From: a virus
Lineage: Duplodnaviria > Caudoviricetes
Length of the DNA: 64,000 nt
Virus record (IMG/VR): IMGVR_UViG_2627853687_000001
Location: 1 to 64,000 of that record
Reading direction: 5' to 3' (one strand)
Shown: piece after piece, positions 10,059 to 19,705 of the stretch
How positions within the stretch are numbered: the stretch's first letter is position 1
Layout of the letters: each line of letters opens with the position of its first letter
Position numbers and translations under genes: made by a program
Notes under the pieces: generated by a model
What the model saw: only the letters and a program-made list of their open reading frames with translations
Database searches by the model: none
Told to the model about the DNA's origin: nothing

Positions 10059-10502
10059 TTGCTGGTTTCATGGCTGATGTTGTTGGTTTCATGGAAGCGT
10101 TGCTGGAATACCGGCGATTAATGCTGGTGGCCATTCGATACAGAGTGTTTTTTGCGCGAAAGCCTCTCGTTATCATGAAACCAACAACATTTACTGTGAT
10201 TCAGCCAACCATTTTCCATGAAACCAGCAATGTTCTGTATGCACCCACATACTCTCACCATGAAACCAGCAACAACCCGCTCAGAGTAATAATGCGAGGT
10301 TATGACCCTGATGCAAGCAGTGAAATGGTGTACGTCATAGTGGGTGGTGAATGTTGCTGGTTTCATGGCAGCATTGCTGGAATACCGGCGACTGGTAACG
10401 GGGCAAGGTCATATCGTTTGTTTTTTGCCCGTTTGGAGGTCATGCCATGAAACCATCAACCATTTCTGTGATTAACTCGGCGGTTCACCATGAAACCAGC
10501 AA
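10059..10502. repeat. incA-like copy-control iteron array
   Basis: About 8 iteron copies in both orientations (10059, 10080, 10174, 10216, 10257, 10354, 10445, 10487) plus 2 variant TTGCTGGAATACCGG copies. Confidence 0.9.
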
Positions 10503-10566
10503 TGCCCAGCTACAAGTTGCAAGCTATGTTAAAAATAAAAAATAACGATATGAAGGAGTAAAGGGT

Positions 10567-11313
10567 TTGGATGTTGAAAAATTACTCGCGGGTCTTACGC
10601 TCCCATCACAATTTCTACATCATGATGTGAGCCTCACATTTGATATCATTGCATCACTCAATGCTCAAACTGATGCCTCTGTTGAAGCAGGTATAGAAAA
10701 ATACCGTTCTGAAGGACCAGAGGTAGAGCAGCATGAAATTTCTGCAGAGGATAATGCTTATTACTATATGGAGTACTATCAGGGGTTAGATAGCAGCTCT
10801 GTTGATTTAGACGATATGTTCACGTCGTACTATCCAAGTGTTATCCGTCGCTCTGTCTTTTTGACATTGTACGGCATGCTTGAGCACGATTACGAAAAAT
10901 TATGCAATGGCTTTGCTAAGAGGCATGGTGAGTCAGTCAAGCTGTCAGATCTCAAACATAGCGGTTTTGAACGTTGCGACCTTTATGCCAAAAAAGTTAT
11001 TGGCATGCGTACTTCACCATATTATGCGATGGTCAAGAAAGTGACCAGGCTACGAAATGCTTGCGCGCATAATGATGCTCGGTTTGTAGAAAATGATGAT
11101 AGGCCTATTAGTGAACTTGAGGATCTGATGCGTGCTTTTCCCGATTTATTGGTTAAAGATGGAAAGCAGATTAACTTCAAGGCTGGATCTCTTCAGGCAA
11201 TGACTAGCATTTTAAAAAACTATTTTAATGATGTTGAAGAAGCCCTAAAAGTGAAAGCACATCAGTTGCCAAACCCTTTTAGAAATTTCGCGGATGAAAA
11301 AAGCCGCCCGTAG
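10567..11313 (+). CDS. HEPN-domain protein (candidate RNase/defence effector)
   Basis: RNACAH = Rx4H HEPN motif, upstream helix with LYGMLEH; low GC; AAGGAG RBS before TTG. Confidence 0.6.
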   Translation: MDVEKLLAGLTLPSQFLHHDVSLTFDIIASLNAQTDASVEAGIEKYRSEGPEVEQHEISAEDNAYYYMEYYQGLDSSSVDLDDMFTSYYPSVIRRSVFLTLYGMLEHDYEKLCNGFAKRHGESVKLSDLKHSGFERCDLYAKKVIGMRTSPYYAMVKKVTRLRNACAHNDARFVENDDRPISELEDLMRAFPDLLVKDGKQINFKAGSLQAMTSILKNYFNDVEEALKVKAHQLPNPFRNFADEKSRP

Positions 11314-11320
11314 GCGGCTT
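11298..11320. terminator. Intrinsic terminator (U-tract on - strand)
   Basis: AAAAAGCCGCCCGTAGGCGGCTT. Confidence 0.75.
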
Positions 11321-11323
11321 AGA

Positions 11324-11455
11324 TCACTTGTAATGGATTATGGTTACAGGTGCATTGAGAATGGCATTGAATTGCCATCCACTCTCAGCACTCTGTGTAT
11401 TCCACAATGCCAAAAACAAGGTTACGGCTATGCCGTAAATCTCGCTCTTGCTCAT
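11324..11455 (-). CDS. 43-aa hydrophobic peptide, candidate type I toxin
   Basis: MSKSEIYGIAVTLFLALWNTQSAESGWQFNAILNAPVTIIHYK*; terminator immediately after the stop; 5' UTR complementary to the divergent sRNA. Confidence 0.65.
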   Translation of the reverse strand: MSKSEIYGIAVTLFLALWNTQSAESGWQFNAILNAPVTIIHYK

Positions 11456-11811
11456 TTAATGGTTCCGTTGAACCGCTGGCCTTCGGCTGGCCACATGCGC
11501 ATTAGAGAAGGCTAACGCAGATGCTTGCGATTAAAAAAATCAGGTAACTCTGACGCCGATAAATGGGCTGAGAATCCCGTCTACCTACCTACTTGCACAA
11601 TTGAAGCATTCCACCTTTTACTGGGCCTTTGCAACTTTTTTTTTCCATTAACATGGAGGTTTTTTTTTGCATTTTAATATCTATTAATATCAATCTCTTA
11701 TGTGATTTTAAATTCTTAAAACCACGCGCGCTGGTGCTTGACACTGAATGTTGGGTGGTGATATCGCATCCTTGCTCTTGAAACGGAGGCAACAAACCGT
11801 ATACTGATTTT

Positions 11812-11948
11812 GAAGGCTAACGCAGGTGTTTTTTTAGATCACACCCTTGCTGCCAGCGGAAGTTGCCTGAGAACAATTTTCGCATTCTGATTAAACGCCT
11901 GAGAACGTTTCTTCAGATTCAATCAAACCGCCTCCGGGCGGTTTTTTT
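11812..11948 (+). ncRNA. ~137-nt sRNA, candidate type I antitoxin
   Basis: TTGAAA(11778)-16 bp-TATACT(11800) promoter; terminator AAACCGCCTCCGGGCGGTTTTTTT; first 20 nt pair with 11507-11526 of the peptide mRNA. Confidence 0.7.
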
Positions 11949-12371
11949 GTGCCCGGTATCTCTACAATGTCGTGCTTACAAAATAAGCATGACATGAACC
12001 AGTTACAAATAAAAACCTTCTCTCAAGGCAGAATTGACCTTAAAAAATTTTATTTAAATAAATTTTTTTGTTAATCAACAGTTTAACTGATACAGCTTTT
12101 TTTGTTTTCATTGATTAATTGCATGTTTCTTATTCAATGCGGTGGATTTAGAAAAAAAACCTTTATCTAATCCTTATGGCCCGCAGTATAACACGGTCGG
12201 TTTTGTGAATTGTCTTGCAAATGTAAACGCGGGTTGGCCGCAACTTGCTCTGACAGATGGAGAGTGTTTAATAACTAATACGGCGTACCCGTGAAACCAG
12301 CGATACTCGCGGCATGCAGTAATCCAAGCCACCAGCATAAAAAAAGCCGCTTCGCAGCGGCCTTTAGTCGA

Positions 12372-12587
12372 TCAAATATTATTTTTTAGCAAAGCATAAA
12401 GCATAGCTCTGCTGTCAATGGTGTTTCCCTTCAGGTCTTTGCACACCCAGTTTTTGCGCTGAAATGTGATGTAGCAGTCGGTGCGGTTGATGCGCAGCGG
12501 TTCTGTCCTGCCTGCTTCTACAAATCCTTTTGCCTTCCAGATGCCGCGCATCTTATCCAATTCGATCTGCTTCAAACCTAAATTCAT
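12372..12587 (-). CDS. Hypothetical protein
   Basis: 71 aa, followed by terminator AAAAAAGCCGCTTCGCAGCGGCCTTT (~12340-12365). Confidence 0.55.
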   Translation of the reverse strand: MNLGLKQIELDKMRGIWKAKGFVEAGRTEPLRINRTDCYITFQRKNWVCKDLKGNTIDSRAMLYALLKNNI

Positions 12588-12670
12588 ATTGAGGAAATTC
12601 TTAAAAACTTTAGAGTGGACCTATTCTCTTACGAAATCAGCCACTGGTCAATTCCATACTCCTAATCTTA

Positions 12671-12690
12671 TACTGTATTTTTATACAGTA
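12671..12690 (+). promoter_or_regulatory. LexA (SOS) box
   Basis: TACTGTATTTTTATACAGTA directly upstream of the umuD RBS. Confidence 0.92.
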
Positions 12691-12706
12691 AAAAGGAGGG
12701 GCCATT

Positions 12707-13147
12707 ATGCAGGTACAAATAGTAGCAATACCAGACGAAGCCGCGCCGCGTCAGGCTTTCAGGCAGTTTCTTGAAACAGTGGCGGCGGGTTTCCCGTCTC
12801 CGGCCATTGGATATGAAGACACACCACTGGACCTGAACGAGTATTGCGTGAGGGCAAAAACAGCGACTTATTTCGTCCGTTGTGAGGGTGAGTCGATGAT
12901 CGGGGCCGGTATTTTTGACGGCGATCTGCTGGTGGTGGATAAATCGAAGGCTGCGGCAGACGGCCAGATCGTGATTGCCTCAGTGGACGGAGAGTTTACG
13001 GTAAAAAAGCTACAGCTGAGGCCGGTGCCGATGCTGCTGGCCATGAACCCACGCTATAAGCCGATCCCTGTCGAGCCTGATTGCTTAGAAATATGGGGGG
13101 TGGTGACTTACGTTATCCACCGTACTGACAATGTTCCTGCACAGTGA
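12707..13147 (+). CDS. umuD: DNA polymerase V subunit UmuD
   Basis: AAGFPSPA cleavage site, GESM Ser, FTVKKL Lys. Confidence 0.95.
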   Translation: MQVQIVAIPDEAAPRQAFRQFLETVAAGFPSPAIGYEDTPLDLNEYCVRAKTATYFVRCEGESMIGAGIFDGDLLVVDKSKAAADGQIVIASVDGEFTVKKLQLRPVPMLLAMNPRYKPIPVEPDCLEIWGVVTYVIHRTDNVPAQ

Positions 13148-14396
13148 CGTTAACGCCTTCTATGTCTCGGCGGAGCTGGCATTCAGGCCTGACCTTTACG
13201 GGCGCCCTGTCGTGGTGGCGACGAACAACGACGGCTGTATTGCGGCACTCAACCGCGAAGCTAAAGACGTGGGCCTTAAGCGGGGCGATCCATTATTTAA
13301 AATCCGCGATGCCATCCGGCGCTACGGCGTGGTGGTATTCAGCAGCAATTACACGCTGTACGACGCATTCAGTAAGCGTTTCCATACGATCGTAGGCGAG
13401 TATGTGCCTAACTTGGAAACGTACTCAATTGACGAGGTATTTGGCTCACTGGATGGCATGGAAAAGCTGGTGGACTTCCAGACCTTCGGGGAAGAGATCA
13501 GGCGTACCGTTATCCAGCACACCACGATGAAGTGCGGCATAGGGATAGCGGAGACAAAGACACTCTGTAAGGTTGCCACGCACGCAGCAAAGACCTGGCC
13601 TAAAACAGGCGGCGTAGTGGTGCTGGCCGACCCGAAACGGCGCGACAAACTGCTGTCTCTGCTGGACGTCTCAGAGACGTGGGGCGTTGGCAGAAAGATT
13701 GGTGCCAGGCTGCAGCTGATGAACATCAAGACGATGCTCGACCTTGCCCGCGCTGACACAACCATGATCCGCAAAAACTTCAACGTGATGCTGGAGCGCA
13801 CCGTGCGGGAGCTGCGCGGCGAACGCTGTTTCGAGCTCGAAGAGAACCCGCCGACCAAGCAGCAGCTGGTGGTAAGCCGTTCCTTCGGCAAACGCCTTAC
13901 CAGCCTGGATGAAGTGAGTAATGCCGTGTGCTTCTTTGCCACCAGCGCCGGTGAAAAGCTGCGCCGTGAAAAACAGTATTGCCGGAATATCACGGTATTC
14001 ATCCAGACCAGTAAACATGATCCGCGCCGACCGTATTACTCACGAGGGGCGAGCCATACGTTTACCACGGCAACACAGGATACGCGTGATCTGATTGATG
14101 CCGCCGTTCATGGCCTGAGAGCTATCTGGCGAGACGGCTACGAGTATGCAAAGGCCGGGGTGATGCTGGGGGAGTTCTGTGGCTCAGAGCAGCAGCTTAA
14201 TCTGTTTGATGAGTCTCCGCCGCGCCCCGGCAGCGATAAGCTGATGGCAGTTATGGACAGATTGAATAGCTACCAGCGCGGCACACTGTTTATTGCCGGT
14301 CAGGGCGTTAATCCGGCGTATCAAATGAAGCGGGAAATGTTATCTCCACGCTATCTGACCCGCTGGGAAGAGCTACCTGTGGTAAAGATGAAGTAA
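13131..14396 (+). CDS. umuC: DNA polymerase V subunit UmuC
   Basis: DVNAFYVS, NNDGC, YSIDE, MKREMLSPRY. Confidence 0.95.
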   Translation: MFLHSDVNAFYVSAELAFRPDLYGRPVVVATNNDGCIAALNREAKDVGLKRGDPLFKIRDAIRRYGVVVFSSNYTLYDAFSKRFHTIVGEYVPNLETYSIDEVFGSLDGMEKLVDFQTFGEEIRRTVIQHTTMKCGIGIAETKTLCKVATHAAKTWPKTGGVVVLADPKRRDKLLSLLDVSETWGVGRKIGARLQLMNIKTMLDLARADTTMIRKNFNVMLERTVRELRGERCFELEENPPTKQQLVVSRSFGKRLTSLDEVSNAVCFFATSAGEKLRREKQYCRNITVFIQTSKHDPRRPYYSRGASHTFTTATQDTRDLIDAAVHGLRAIWRDGYEYAKAGVMLGEFCGSEQQLNLFDESPPRPGSDKLMAVMDRLNSYQRGTLFIAGQGVNPAYQMKREMLSPRYLTRWEELPVVKMK

Positions 14397-14588
14397 TTTG
14401 GCATAAGTGCTGGATTTATAAGAATTTAACTTAAGTATAAATATATGCCAGTCAGTACCACTACTTTTAGTAGTGGAGCTGATCACTTGTTGATCGACCC
14501 TTAGAGTGTGCATACAATCAGAAAAAACTGAAAACGCATAAAATAATGAAATGCGTTACCTTTTTTTCTGGCTTGGAGTTGTACGGAT

Positions 14589-14735
14589 ATGACTGACACA
14601 GCAAACTTAGCATTAAACCTGATGATGATTTTCTTCGCACTGCTTGCGCTGGCAACTGTCGTGACATTGTGCGGATTGCCTGCAATATTGCGCTCATTTG
14701 ACGCAGACCTGGCAAAACTGGATTCACACCTCTGA
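14589..14735 (+). CDS. 48-aa single-TM small protein
   Basis: MTDTANLALNLMMIFFALLALATVVTLCGLPAILRSFDADLAKLDSHL*, GGAG upstream; below the ORF-track cutoff. Confidence 0.5.
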   Translation: MTDTANLALNLMMIFFALLALATVVTLCGLPAILRSFDADLAKLDSHL

Positions 14736-14905
14736 TTTACTAATCACTTTCCCGCACTGAAAGTATCTTCTCTGCCGATCGGCTGGCCGTATTTCACGCC
14801 AGCCGGTCACAGTTAAGACAAACCGCCTATATCTAAACATTAAATTTAAAAAATCTTTAGAATGTCATAAACTGTTTTCTGAAATTGACCACTGGAAAAC
14901 TTAAT

Positions 14906-15082
14906 ATGACCGGCACTGCTAAAACCCCCAATCTAAGCCAGCCGTCTCTCATCAGCGCATTACTCGCTGAAATAGCAAAACAGCGACCTCATTCCAACGT
15001 GAATAATGCGCAGTTCGCTGCCATTGTTGAGGCTGCGAACCATGTAGTTTTTACCTTCAGCCGTAATAGTGGTGATGCCTGA
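14906..15082 (+). CDS. Small hypothetical protein
   Basis: First gene of a coupled operon (stop/start overlap at 15082). Confidence 0.55.
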   Translation: MTGTAKTPNLSQPSLISALLAEIAKQRPHSNVNNAQFAAIVEAANHVVFTFSRNSGDA

Positions 15083-15726
15083 TGACAGACCGCTTTTACA
15101 TGATCTGCACCAGAGATACGGTAGGCAGTAATGCCTCTTTCTGGAGCCAGAATGGTCATGGCTACAACACCAATATCGACAAAGCACACGTCTATACCCT
15201 GGCAGAAGCACAGAGCCGCTGGAATACAGGCCGGAGTATCGATCAACCCGTTTGCGCTGACAGCGTAGATGCACTGGCCGTCATTCACGTTGACCACCAG
15301 CATGTACCAGGTCAGTCAATCATTACCCCTGATTGCAGCCGGTATGTTGCCTTTCAGAAAGGGCGCTGGGACGGCAATGACCTTTACTGGCTGAGCAACG
15401 GCGGTCTGCCGACGACCGACTTTACTCAAGCGGCCATTTTCGATAAGCCAGGCGATACGACCGATCTGGTCTGGCTACCGTTCACCACGGTTGACGCAGT
15501 AAAGCGCCGCACGTTCCCAATCGCCATGCTGGATCATCGCCGCATGGTGCAGGGTGCTGGCTTACGCGTACCGGCGCACATCAGCCGCGCACGCCGCCGC
15601 AAGCCAGGAACAGGAAAGACTCGCCATAACTGCCCGAACTGTGGACGCATTAGCTGGCAATTAAACCCATATGACTTTGAAGGCTGCGCTGACAGGCAGT
15701 GTGAAGGAGCGCGTAGGCATGGATAA
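15082..15726 (+). CDS. Phage hypothetical protein with C-terminal Cys cluster
   Basis: Internal repeat (FW..NGHGYNTNIDKAHVY / YW..NGGLPTTDFTQAAIF); CPNCG...C. Confidence 0.7.
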   Translation: MTDRFYMICTRDTVGSNASFWSQNGHGYNTNIDKAHVYTLAEAQSRWNTGRSIDQPVCADSVDALAVIHVDHQHVPGQSIITPDCSRYVAFQKGRWDGNDLYWLSNGGLPTTDFTQAAIFDKPGDTTDLVWLPFTTVDAVKRRTFPIAMLDHRRMVQGAGLRVPAHISRARRRKPGTGKTRHNCPNCGRISWQLNPYDFEGCADRQCEGARRHG

Positions 15727-16198
15727 GGCCGTATTAGACATGTGCTGCGGTCCACGCATGATGTGGTTCGATAAAGCCGATCCCCGTGTCCTGTATTCCG
15801 ATATCCGGGAAGAGACCCACCAGCTACCTGACCGGGAGCTGGTCATTAGCCCGGACGTGATTGCCGACTTTCGATCCCTACCGTTTCCGGATAACTCATT
15901 TTACGTGATTGCCTTTGATCCACCGCACCTGGAGCGGGCAGGCGAGAAGGGCTGGCAGCGCCTTAAATACGGAGTGCTTAATCGTGGAACCTGGCGCAAT
16001 GATCTGCGCGCCGGGTTTAGTGAGGCATTTCGCGTACTACGCCCAAACGGCCTGCTGATTTTTAAATGGAATGAAACGCAGATCCTGGCGCGGGACATTT
16101 TGGCACTGACTGACCAGAAACCCCTGTTTGGCCACATCAGTGGGAAGCGTGGTTTAACGCACTGGTTTACCTTTATCAAAGACGGAGAGCAGCAATGA
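15719..16198 (+). CDS. Small SAM-dependent (DNA adenine-type) methyltransferase
   Basis: VLDMCCG.RMMWFDK, IAFDPPH, EAFRVLRPNGLLIFKWNE. Confidence 0.85.
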   Translation: MDKAVLDMCCGPRMMWFDKADPRVLYSDIREETHQLPDRELVISPDVIADFRSLPFPDNSFYVIAFDPPHLERAGEKGWQRLKYGVLNRGTWRNDLRAGFSEAFRVLRPNGLLIFKWNETQILARDILALTDQKPLFGHISGKRGLTHWFTFIKDGEQQ

Positions 16199-16548
16199 AC
16201 CTGCGCAAATTATTCCGGCTCAAAGCGCCGTGCGCTAATTGCCCGTTCCTGAAAACTGGCGGCATCGAGCTGAATCCTGGACGCCTTGAGGGCATCAAAG
16301 CGCACCTGTTGCGAGACGACTTCTCATCGTTTTACTGCCACAAAACCACGCACCGCACTGGCGAAGAAGAGGACGAAGACGGCGAGGTTTATAGCCCGTC
16401 CGGTAAAGAGGCGCACTGCGCCGGTGCCGTAGCGTTTTTGCTGTCCCACGGCCGTCATAACATCGCTATGCGCCTGGCATTCATAGAAGGACATACAGCG
16501 CCTGCCGACTTTGCCTGCGCAATAAACATGATCGCTACAGAGAGCTGA
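16195..16548 (+). CDS. Cys-rich phage hypothetical protein
   Basis: PCANCPF, FYCHKT, HCAGA; good RBS. Confidence 0.7.
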   Translation: MNLRKLFRLKAPCANCPFLKTGGIELNPGRLEGIKAHLLRDDFSSFYCHKTTHRTGEEEDEDGEVYSPSGKEAHCAGAVAFLLSHGRHNIAMRLAFIEGHTAPADFACAINMIATES

Positions 16549-16678
16549 GTAAACCGCAAGAGTGATAGCGAATTGGTTTGATTGTATTGACAAGCAAATT
16601 CATGCTCTGTATATTTCACCTCATGCCGCTAATTTAGCGTCACCGCCCTGGCGGCTCCAGGCATTAAGGAACTGTGCA

Positions 16679-17359
16679 ATGAATACCTCTCCAATGACTG
16701 CCACCGCTGCGCTCCAGCACATGTCTTACACCCTGACCGGCGTAATTAAACAGAGTCAGAAGCCTGGCTTTAACGAGGCGGAAGCCTACGCAGATATCAA
16801 AACCAATTACGAGCTGGTGGCCACCAGCTGCACCGACTTGGCGACCGTTGTCTGGCTGCGTAATCACCTCTGCTTTGGTTACATTGGCGATGAACACACA
16901 TTTGAAGAGATCAACCTGGCCTACCGCGATCACATCGACTTCATTCTCAAATCAGGCTGGCGTCCAGGCGCTGCACCGGTGCACAGAATGACGCTCAGCA
17001 ATATGTTTGAGCTGGACTGGTGGAACCCTCAGCAGATCGTGGTAACTGCACACACTAAAGATATCGTTACCGGCACTGCCACCATGACCGACACAGAAGG
17101 CGAATATCAGTTCGCGTTTGAGTGGACAATGATCATGGGTGAAGAGGCCGAACAACACGATCTGCCGTTCATGGTAAACATAACGGCAGCACGGTTTACC
17201 CTGCCGTATGAGTTCAAACTGTTTGAAGATGAGGGAAGTCCGCTCGATGCGCTGACGGCGCTACAGGAACTGGATTGCGGTCTGGGCTTCTGTATTGAGT
17301 ATTTCCCTGATATTTACAAGCAATATGCTCCGACAGAAGGGGCAACTAACCGAGGCTAA
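16679..17359 (+). CDS. Hypothetical protein
   Basis: ATG 16679 with AAGGA RBS. Confidence 0.65.
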   Translation: MNTSPMTATAALQHMSYTLTGVIKQSQKPGFNEAEAYADIKTNYELVATSCTDLATVVWLRNHLCFGYIGDEHTFEEINLAYRDHIDFILKSGWRPGAAPVHRMTLSNMFELDWWNPQQIVVTAHTKDIVTGTATMTDTEGEYQFAFEWTMIMGEEAEQHDLPFMVNITAARFTLPYEFKLFEDEGSPLDALTALQELDCGLGFCIEYFPDIYKQYAPTEGATNRG

Positions 17360-17361
17360 TC

Positions 17362-17835
17362 ATGACCGATAAAGCACGCGATCCACGGGCTTTAAATTCA
17401 GTTAAAGGAGCCGCCCCTGCGACGGCTCAGATTCAGATGCGCGTCATTCCCGATGTTAAAAACCGCTATGTCGCGCAGGCGCAGCGGGAAGGGATGAAAC
17501 TGTCAGAGTGGATACAGCATCACCTCGACGCTGTTTGCCAGTCAGCCGATGAAAAATTGCGGCACTCTGGAAATTCGGCAGGGACCGATATGTGTTTCAG
17601 AATTTATAACCGTCGCGATGAGTCATGGAGGATGCAAGAAGCCAGCATAGGAAGTGTTGGCCTTAAGGTTCCCCGATATACCGGCGAAGAGTCACAGGCC
17701 GGATTCTTTTGGGCTGATGAAATTAAGCATTTAGACAAACTCGGTGCGCAGATGGCTATCCAGAGTTACGAGGAAGCTATTCCCTGCACACCAACCAGGG
17801 AAGAGATCCGCTTTCGTAACGAGTGGGATAACTAA
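17362..17835 (+). CDS. Protein with N-terminal ribbon-helix-helix-like domain
   Basis: AQIQMRVIPDVKNRYVAQAQREGMKLSEWI. Confidence 0.6.
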   Translation: MTDKARDPRALNSVKGAAPATAQIQMRVIPDVKNRYVAQAQREGMKLSEWIQHHLDAVCQSADEKLRHSGNSAGTDMCFRIYNRRDESWRMQEASIGSVGLKVPRYTGEESQAGFFWADEIKHLDKLGAQMAIQSYEEAIPCTPTREEIRFRNEWDN

Positions 17836-18175
17836 CCTGCGTGCCAGCTACAGGATACGAACACCAGTGATTAAACAGGAAATCAGGGCGCTGTTTCTGG
17901 CGCACGGCTTCGAAATGGAGCAACAGCCTGATGGCAGTACCGATTTAAACCCTGCCTGCTACAGCGTCGCTCAGGCGCTTGCAGAGCAGTTTGGCGATAT
18001 TTACGGGCAACCGGCTGGAAATGTGGAGATCGCCGCTGGTGCAGGCACAGAGGCGCGCACGATGGCGCTGTTTCACGATAAGGCGGCAAGCATTGAGTTT
18101 CCGACCTACATCATGCGCAAGCCTTCGCAAACTCCTGCACTGGCCACCAGCAAAAGTCCGGTATCCGGGCGCTGA
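17744..18175 (+). CDS. Hypothetical protein (start uncertain)
   Basis: IRALFLAHGF..QPDGSTDLNP, typical phage hypothetical; coupled to the next gene. Confidence 0.55.
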   Translation: MRRWLSRVTRKLFPAHQPGKRSAFVTSGITNLRASYRIRTPVIKQEIRALFLAHGFEMEQQPDGSTDLNPACYSVAQALAEQFGDIYGQPAGNVEIAAGAGTEARTMALFHDKAASIEFPTYIMRKPSQTPALATSKSPVSGR

Positions 18176-18537
18176 TGGACGACAGATTAAGTCAGTACGG
18201 CTGGCTCTCTTTTGAGGGCTGGCCGGACAGTGAAGTTCACGACTATCTCACGACGAAATGCGGCATCATCCACGCCCGTAAGTTACCCGATGGCAGCTGG
18301 ACAGGCCTTCTGCGCCTTCTGTACACGCTCAGCGTCTGCATGGGGATCACGCCAACGGATGTGTATCAGTATCGCTGGTGCTTCGAAGACCCGGAAGAGG
18401 CGGTGTATCTGTACAAAAATGCCATGGAAGTAGACGAGATACCGGAGCGCCGGGAGTCGCTGGTGGGCCACCGGCACACGACCGGAACCCCGCTTTATGT
18501 TGAGTTTGACCAGCTAGGTCTGCCAAAATGGCGTTGA
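18175..18537 (+). CDS. Hypothetical protein
   Basis: 120 aa, translationally coupled. Confidence 0.65.
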   Translation: MDDRLSQYGWLSFEGWPDSEVHDYLTTKCGIIHARKLPDGSWTGLLRLLYTLSVCMGITPTDVYQYRWCFEDPEEAVYLYKNAMEVDEIPERRESLVGHRHTTGTPLYVEFDQLGLPKWR

Positions 18538-18672
18538 GCGTCACAGTCATGCACATTTAAAAGTGGCATTCAACTAACGAATAAACTAATCAGAAAAATT
18601 CTATTAATCTACTGGCTCATATCTAGTTGGTAATAGATAAAATAACCAAAATATCAGCAATAAAAGGAAATT

Positions 18673-19605
18673 ATGCCTACATTATCTGAACGCAATTATG
18701 AAACCCCGAAGTCATGGGCTGAATTTGAATCAATTTGCAAAGACTCTTTTCAACTCCGTTGGTCAAACCCAGACCTTACAATGCACGGCAGGCAGGGACA
18801 GGCGCAGGACGGGGTTGATATCTACGGTAACAACTCATCTAATTTTTTTGTAGGCATTCAATGTAAAAATACAATAGATGGAATCAGTGAAAGTCTAATT
18901 GATTCTGAATGCAGCAAAGCAGAGAAATTTTCACCACTAATTAATATTCTTTACATAGCAACCACTGCTAAGCGAGATGTTCATATACAACGTTATGCGC
19001 GAAATTTGTCTGTCGATAGACGAGGTAAAGGTAAGTTTCCGGTTGAAATAGTTTTTTGGGAAGACGTTTGCTTAGACCTTGCTAGAGACCAAAGCGTGCT
19101 ACGCAAGCATTTTCCAGAGTATAATGTTAAGCCTACTAAGTCAGAACTGATGCGTGAAAAAGACTTAAGTAACCTTCAGTGCCTACTGTCTTTTTTTGAT
19201 GTAGTAAACACCCTTCAGCAATTGGAAACAGATGGGAAGTACATAGCAGAACCAATCAGAGCACAATATGAATACATTCACAATGTCATTACATCGCCTG
19301 TATTTAAATTAAATAATCCAGATATTGAACGAGATACGGCGGCTGTACTTAATGATTGGTATAAGCTAATGCTTATGCTAAATGATGCACCATATAGATA
19401 TAATGATGCTAACAGGTGTTTCATTTTCATAATGCCTGGAGACTTCTGTAGAACTCCAGAAGAGTCTGACCTTTTTGATAAAATAACAGCGCAAATGGCA
19501 GTTCTTAGAAATTCCATAGGTAATTTCTGCGATAACATAAACTCTAATTTTCATGAAATAGATTTAAACAAAACTAGCCTTCAGGCAAGAAGACTTTACG
19601 CCTGA
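18673..19605 (+). CDS. Restriction-endonuclease-like (Mrr-type PD-(D/E)xK) domain protein, candidate defence
   Basis: WAEFESIC...GRQGQAQDGVDIYG...GIQCK; low-GC stand-alone gene. Confidence 0.7.
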   Translation: MPTLSERNYETPKSWAEFESICKDSFQLRWSNPDLTMHGRQGQAQDGVDIYGNNSSNFFVGIQCKNTIDGISESLIDSECSKAEKFSPLINILYIATTAKRDVHIQRYARNLSVDRRGKGKFPVEIVFWEDVCLDLARDQSVLRKHFPEYNVKPTKSELMREKDLSNLQCLLSFFDVVNTLQQLETDGKYIAEPIRAQYEYIHNVITSPVFKLNNPDIERDTAAVLNDWYKLMLMLNDAPYRYNDANRCFIFIMPGDFCRTPEESDLFDKITAQMAVLRNSIGNFCDNINSNFHEIDLNKTSLQARRLYA

Positions 19606-19705
19606 TTCACAGAGAGTTTACTGTTCTAAATAATCTAACTTGACTGACCACCCGCTAAACAACTGATGGCCAGTTATCAATTTAAGCAATTCAGAACGAC
19701 AGAAA

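Noticed and set aside
9030-10502. Possible CRISPR array
   Set aside because: Repeats are ~16 bp with 5-6 bp gaps or mixed orientation, flank repA, and no cas genes are present; they are iterons
11589-11795. 68-aa ORF between the peptide gene and the sRNA
   Set aside because: Spans two divergent promoter regions and A-tracts, TTG start without an RBS
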